Positions 61,430 to 64,000 of a DNA stretch of 64,000 nucleotides are shown here, one piece after another. The DNA lies in assembly GCF_030013205.1 (NCBI RefSeq), contig NZ_CP122648.1. One strand, written 5' to 3'. Below the pieces are notes generated by a model. It did no database searches and was not told where the DNA came from. It worked only from the letters and a program-made list of their open reading frames with translations. The first letter of the stretch is position 1, and every line of letters begins with the position of its first letter. A program made the position numbers and the translations under genes. The stretch comes from Escherichia coli (GTDB lineage: Bacteria > Pseudomonadota > Gammaproteobacteria > Enterobacterales > Enterobacteriaceae).

Positions 61430-61646
61430 GTTTATAGTGGTTAATGACCTGCGAAAAGGCAGTTGATTCTCTTCATCATGCAGAACGGAATTGCACACAA
61501 CGGACTGATGCTTCTCTGGCGGATGAGAGAGGGGAAGCATTTATGTCCGAGAAAAACCACTTTATCTGACCATGCTGTTTTGTACCTGCCGGTATCCACA
61601 TTTGTGGGTACCGGCTTTTTTATTCACCCTCTGTAAGGAAAAGCTG

Positions 61647-64000
61647 ATGAAACGACATCTGAACACCAGCTACAGGCTGGTATGGAATCACATTACGGGC
61701 ACCCTGGTGGTGGCTTCCGAACTGGCCCGCTCACGGGGGAAACGTACTGGCGTGGCGCTGGCGCTGTCTCTTGCCACCGCCACTTCAGTCCCGGCCCTGG
61801 CTGCTGACAGTGTTGTACAGGCAGGGGAAATCGTGAACGGCGGGACACTGGTAAATCATGACAACCAGATTGTCTTCGGTACGACCAACGGAATGACCAT
61901 CAGTACCGGGCTGGAGTATGGGCCGGATAACGAGGCCAATACCGGCGGGCAATGGGTACAGGATGGCGGCACAGCCAGTAATACCACCATCAGCAACGGC
62001 GGGCTCCAGTTTGTAGGTGCCGGGGGAAAGGCTACAGACACAATAATCAATGAAGGAGGCGGACAAAGTCTGAAGGGACTGGCACTGAACACCACGCTGA
62101 ATGGTGGCGAGCAGTGGATGCATGAAGGTGCGATAGCCACAGGAACCGTCATTAATGATAAGGGCTGGCAGGTCGTCAAACCCGGCGCAGTGGCAACAGA
62201 CACCGTTGTGAATACCGGCGCAGAAGGAGGACCGGATGCAGAAAATGGTGATACCGGGCAGTTTGTTCGCGGAAATGCCGTACGTACCACTATCAATAAA
62301 AATGGTCGTCAGATTGTGGTAGCCACCGGAGTGGCAAACACCACGGTGGTTTATGCCGGCGGCGACCAGACGGTACATGGCCACGCACTGGATACCACGC
62401 TGAATGGCGGTAACCAGTATGTGCACAACGGCGGTACAACGTCTGACACTGTTGTGAACAGTGACGGCTGGCAGATTATCAAGGAAGGTGGTCTGGCGGA
62501 TTTCACCACCGTTAACCAGAAAGGCAAACTGCAGGTGAACGCCGGTGGTACAGCCACGAATGTCACCCTGAAGCAGGGCGGCGCACTGGTCACCAGTACT
62601 GCTGCAACGGTTCTTGGCAGCAACCGTCTGGGGAATTTCACGGTGGAAAACGGTAAGGCTGACGGCGTTGTTCTGGAGTCCGGCGGTCGCCTGGATGTAC
62701 TGGAGGGCCATTCAGCGCAGAATACCCTGGTGGATGACGGCGGTACCCTGGCAGTGTCTGCCGGTGGTAAGGCAACAGATGTCACCATGACATCCGGTGG
62801 TGCCCTGATTGCAGACAGTGGTGCCACTGTTGAGGGGACCAATGCCAGCGGTAAGTTCAGTATTGATGGCATATCCGGTCAGGCCAGCGGCCTGCTGCTG
62901 GAAAATGGCGGCAGCTTTACGGTTAATGCCGGGGGACAGGCCGGTAACACCACTGTCGGATATCGTGGAACACTGACGCTGGCTGCCGGGGGAAGTCTGA
63001 GTGGCAGAACACAGCTCAGTAAAGGTGCCAGCATGGTACTGAATGGCGATGTGGTCAGTACCGGCGATATTGTTAACGCAGGGGAGATTCGCTTTGATAA
63101 TCAGACAACACCGGATGCCGCGCTGAGCCGTGCTGTTGCAAAAAGTAACTCCCCGGTAACGTTCCATAAACTGACCACCAGTAACCTCACCGGCCAGGGC
63201 GGCACCATCAATATGCGTGTCAGCCTTGATGGCAGTAATGCCTCAGACCAGCTGGTAATTAATGGTGGTCAGGCAACCGGCAAAACCTGGCTTGCGTTCA
63301 CAAATGTCGGAAACAGCAATCTCGGGGTGGCAACCTCCGGACAGGGTATCAGGGTTGTGGATGCACAGAATGGCGCCACCACAGAAGAAGGTGCGTTTGC
63401 CCTGAGTCGCCCGCTTCAGGCCGGCGCCTTTAACTACACCCTGAACCGTGACAGCGATGAAGACTGGTACCTGCGCAGTGAAAATACTTATCGTGCTGAA
63501 GTCCCCCTGTATGCCTCCATGCTGACACAGGCAATGGACTATGACCGGATTCTGGCAGGCTCCCGCAGCCATCAGACCGGTGTAAGCGGTGAAAATAACA
63601 GCGTCCGTCTCAGCATTCAGGGCGGTCATCTCGGGCACGATAACAACGGTGGTATTGCCCGTGGGGCCACGCCGGAAAGCAGCGGCAGCTATGGCTTCGT
63701 CCGTCTGGAGGGTGACCTGCTCAGAACAGAGGTTGCCGGTATGTCTCTGACGACAGGGGTGTATGGTGCTGCAGGCCATTCTTCCGTTGAAGTTAAGGAT
63801 GATGACGGCTCCCGCGCCGGCACGGTCCGGGATGATGCCGGCAGCCTGGGCGGATACCTGAATCTGGTACACACATCCTCCGGCCTGTGGGCTGACATTG
63901 TGGCACAGGGAACCCGCCACAGCATGAAAGCGTCATCGGACAATAACGACTTCCGCGCCCGGGGCTGGGGCTGGCTGGGCTCACTGGAAACCGGTCTGCC
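61647..64000 (+). CDS. flu: antigen 43 autotransporter adhesin (N-terminal 784 codons; continues beyond window)
   Basis: ATG at 61647 with SD AAGGAA; MKRHLNTSYRLVWNHITGTLVVASELARSRGKR extended signal peptide, repetitive beta-helical passenger (GG/TxT repeats), autochaperone region RAEVPLYASMLTQAMDYDR; no stop before window end. Confidence 0.92.
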   Translation, partial: MKRHLNTSYRLVWNHITGTLVVASELARSRGKRTGVALALSLATATSVPALAADSVVQAGEIVNGGTLVNHDNQIVFGTTNGMTISTGLEYGPDNEANTGGQWVQDGGTASNTTISNGGLQFVGAGGKATDTIINEGGGQSLKGLALNTTLNGGEQWMHEGAIATGTVINDKGWQVVKPGAVATDTVVNTGAEGGPDAENGDTGQFVRGNAVRTTINKNGRQIVVATGVANTTVVYAGGDQTVHGHALDTTLNGGNQYVHNGGTTSDTVVNSDGWQIIKEGGLADFTTVNQKGKLQVNAGGTATNVTLKQGGALVTSTAATVLGSNRLGNFTVENGKADGVVLESGGRLDVLEGHSAQNTLVDDGGTLAVSAGGKATDVTMTSGGALIADSGATVEGTNASGKFSIDGISGQASGLLLENGGSFTVNAGGQAGNTTVGYRGTLTLAAGGSLSGRTQLSKGASMVLNGDVVSTGDIVNAGEIRFDNQTTPDAALSRAVAKSNSPVTFHKLTTSNLTGQGGTINMRVSLDGSNASDQLVINGGQATGKTWLAFTNVGNSNLGVATSGQGIRVVDAQNGATTEEGAFALSRPLQAGAFNYTLNRDSDEDWYLRSENTYRAEVPLYASMLTQAMDYDRILAGSRSHQTGVSGENNSVRLSIQGGHLGHDNNGGIARGATPESSGSYGFVRLEGDLLRTEVAGMSLTTGVYGAAGHSSVEVKDDDGSRAGTVRDDAGSLGGYLNLVHTSSGLWADIVAQGTRHSMKASSDNNDFRARGWGWLGSLETGL

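Larger units (their letters stand above)
39197..64000. mobile_element. pheU-integrated genomic island (left junction at tRNA-Phe 3' end; right end beyond window)
   Basis: Core synteny ends at pheU; downstream content is integrase, IS remnants, defence genes, CP4-like prophage genes and antigen 43, with several visibly AT-rich segments. Confidence 0.85.

Noticed and set aside
61785-63984. Several minus-strand ORFs (308, 173, 151, 225 aa and others)
   Set aside because: All antisense to the antigen 43 passenger-domain coding region, whose repetitive GC-rich sequence creates long open frames on the opposite strand
39197-64000. Right-hand att repeat of the pheU island
   Set aside because: Looked by eye for a second copy of the pheU 3' end (TTCGATTCCGAGTCCGGGCACCA or shorter) inside the window and did not find one; the right boundary is presumably beyond position 64000

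Overview
Enterobacterial (Escherichia coli-type) chromosome, read by eye from the sequence and ORF track; all homology calls are from memory of protein families, with no database search run. Positions 1-39200 are a conserved core block: hflK (partial), hflX, hfq, miaA, mutL, amiB, tsaE, nnr, queG, two tRNA-Gly, orn, rsgA, psd, mscM, yjeM, epmA, frdABCD, ampC, blc, gdx with a guanidine-II riboswitch, ecnBA, efp, epmB, yjeJ, yjeI, groSL, yjeH, fxsA, aspA, dcuA, cutA, dsbD, yjdC and tRNA-Phe (pheU). Directly after pheU (39197 to the window end) is a horizontally acquired island: a P4-type integrase, a mosaic of IS66/IS4-like transposase remnants, a nucleotidyltransferase + 2-TM protein pair (CBASS-minimal or Hailong-like candidate), a four-gene QatABCD-like defence operon, an AT-rich cysteine-rich protein carrying a perfect 9-bp tandem repeat, a run of uncharacterised small genes, a CP4-57-like module (YfjJ-like, AlpA-like, YfjI-like), a YeeP-family GTPase, and the antigen 43 gene (partial) with its three-GATC phase-variation switch. 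The best candidates for something undescribed are the NTase/2-TM pair, the repeat-bearing protein upstream of qatA, and the uncharacterised genes between Qat and the CP4-57-like module.
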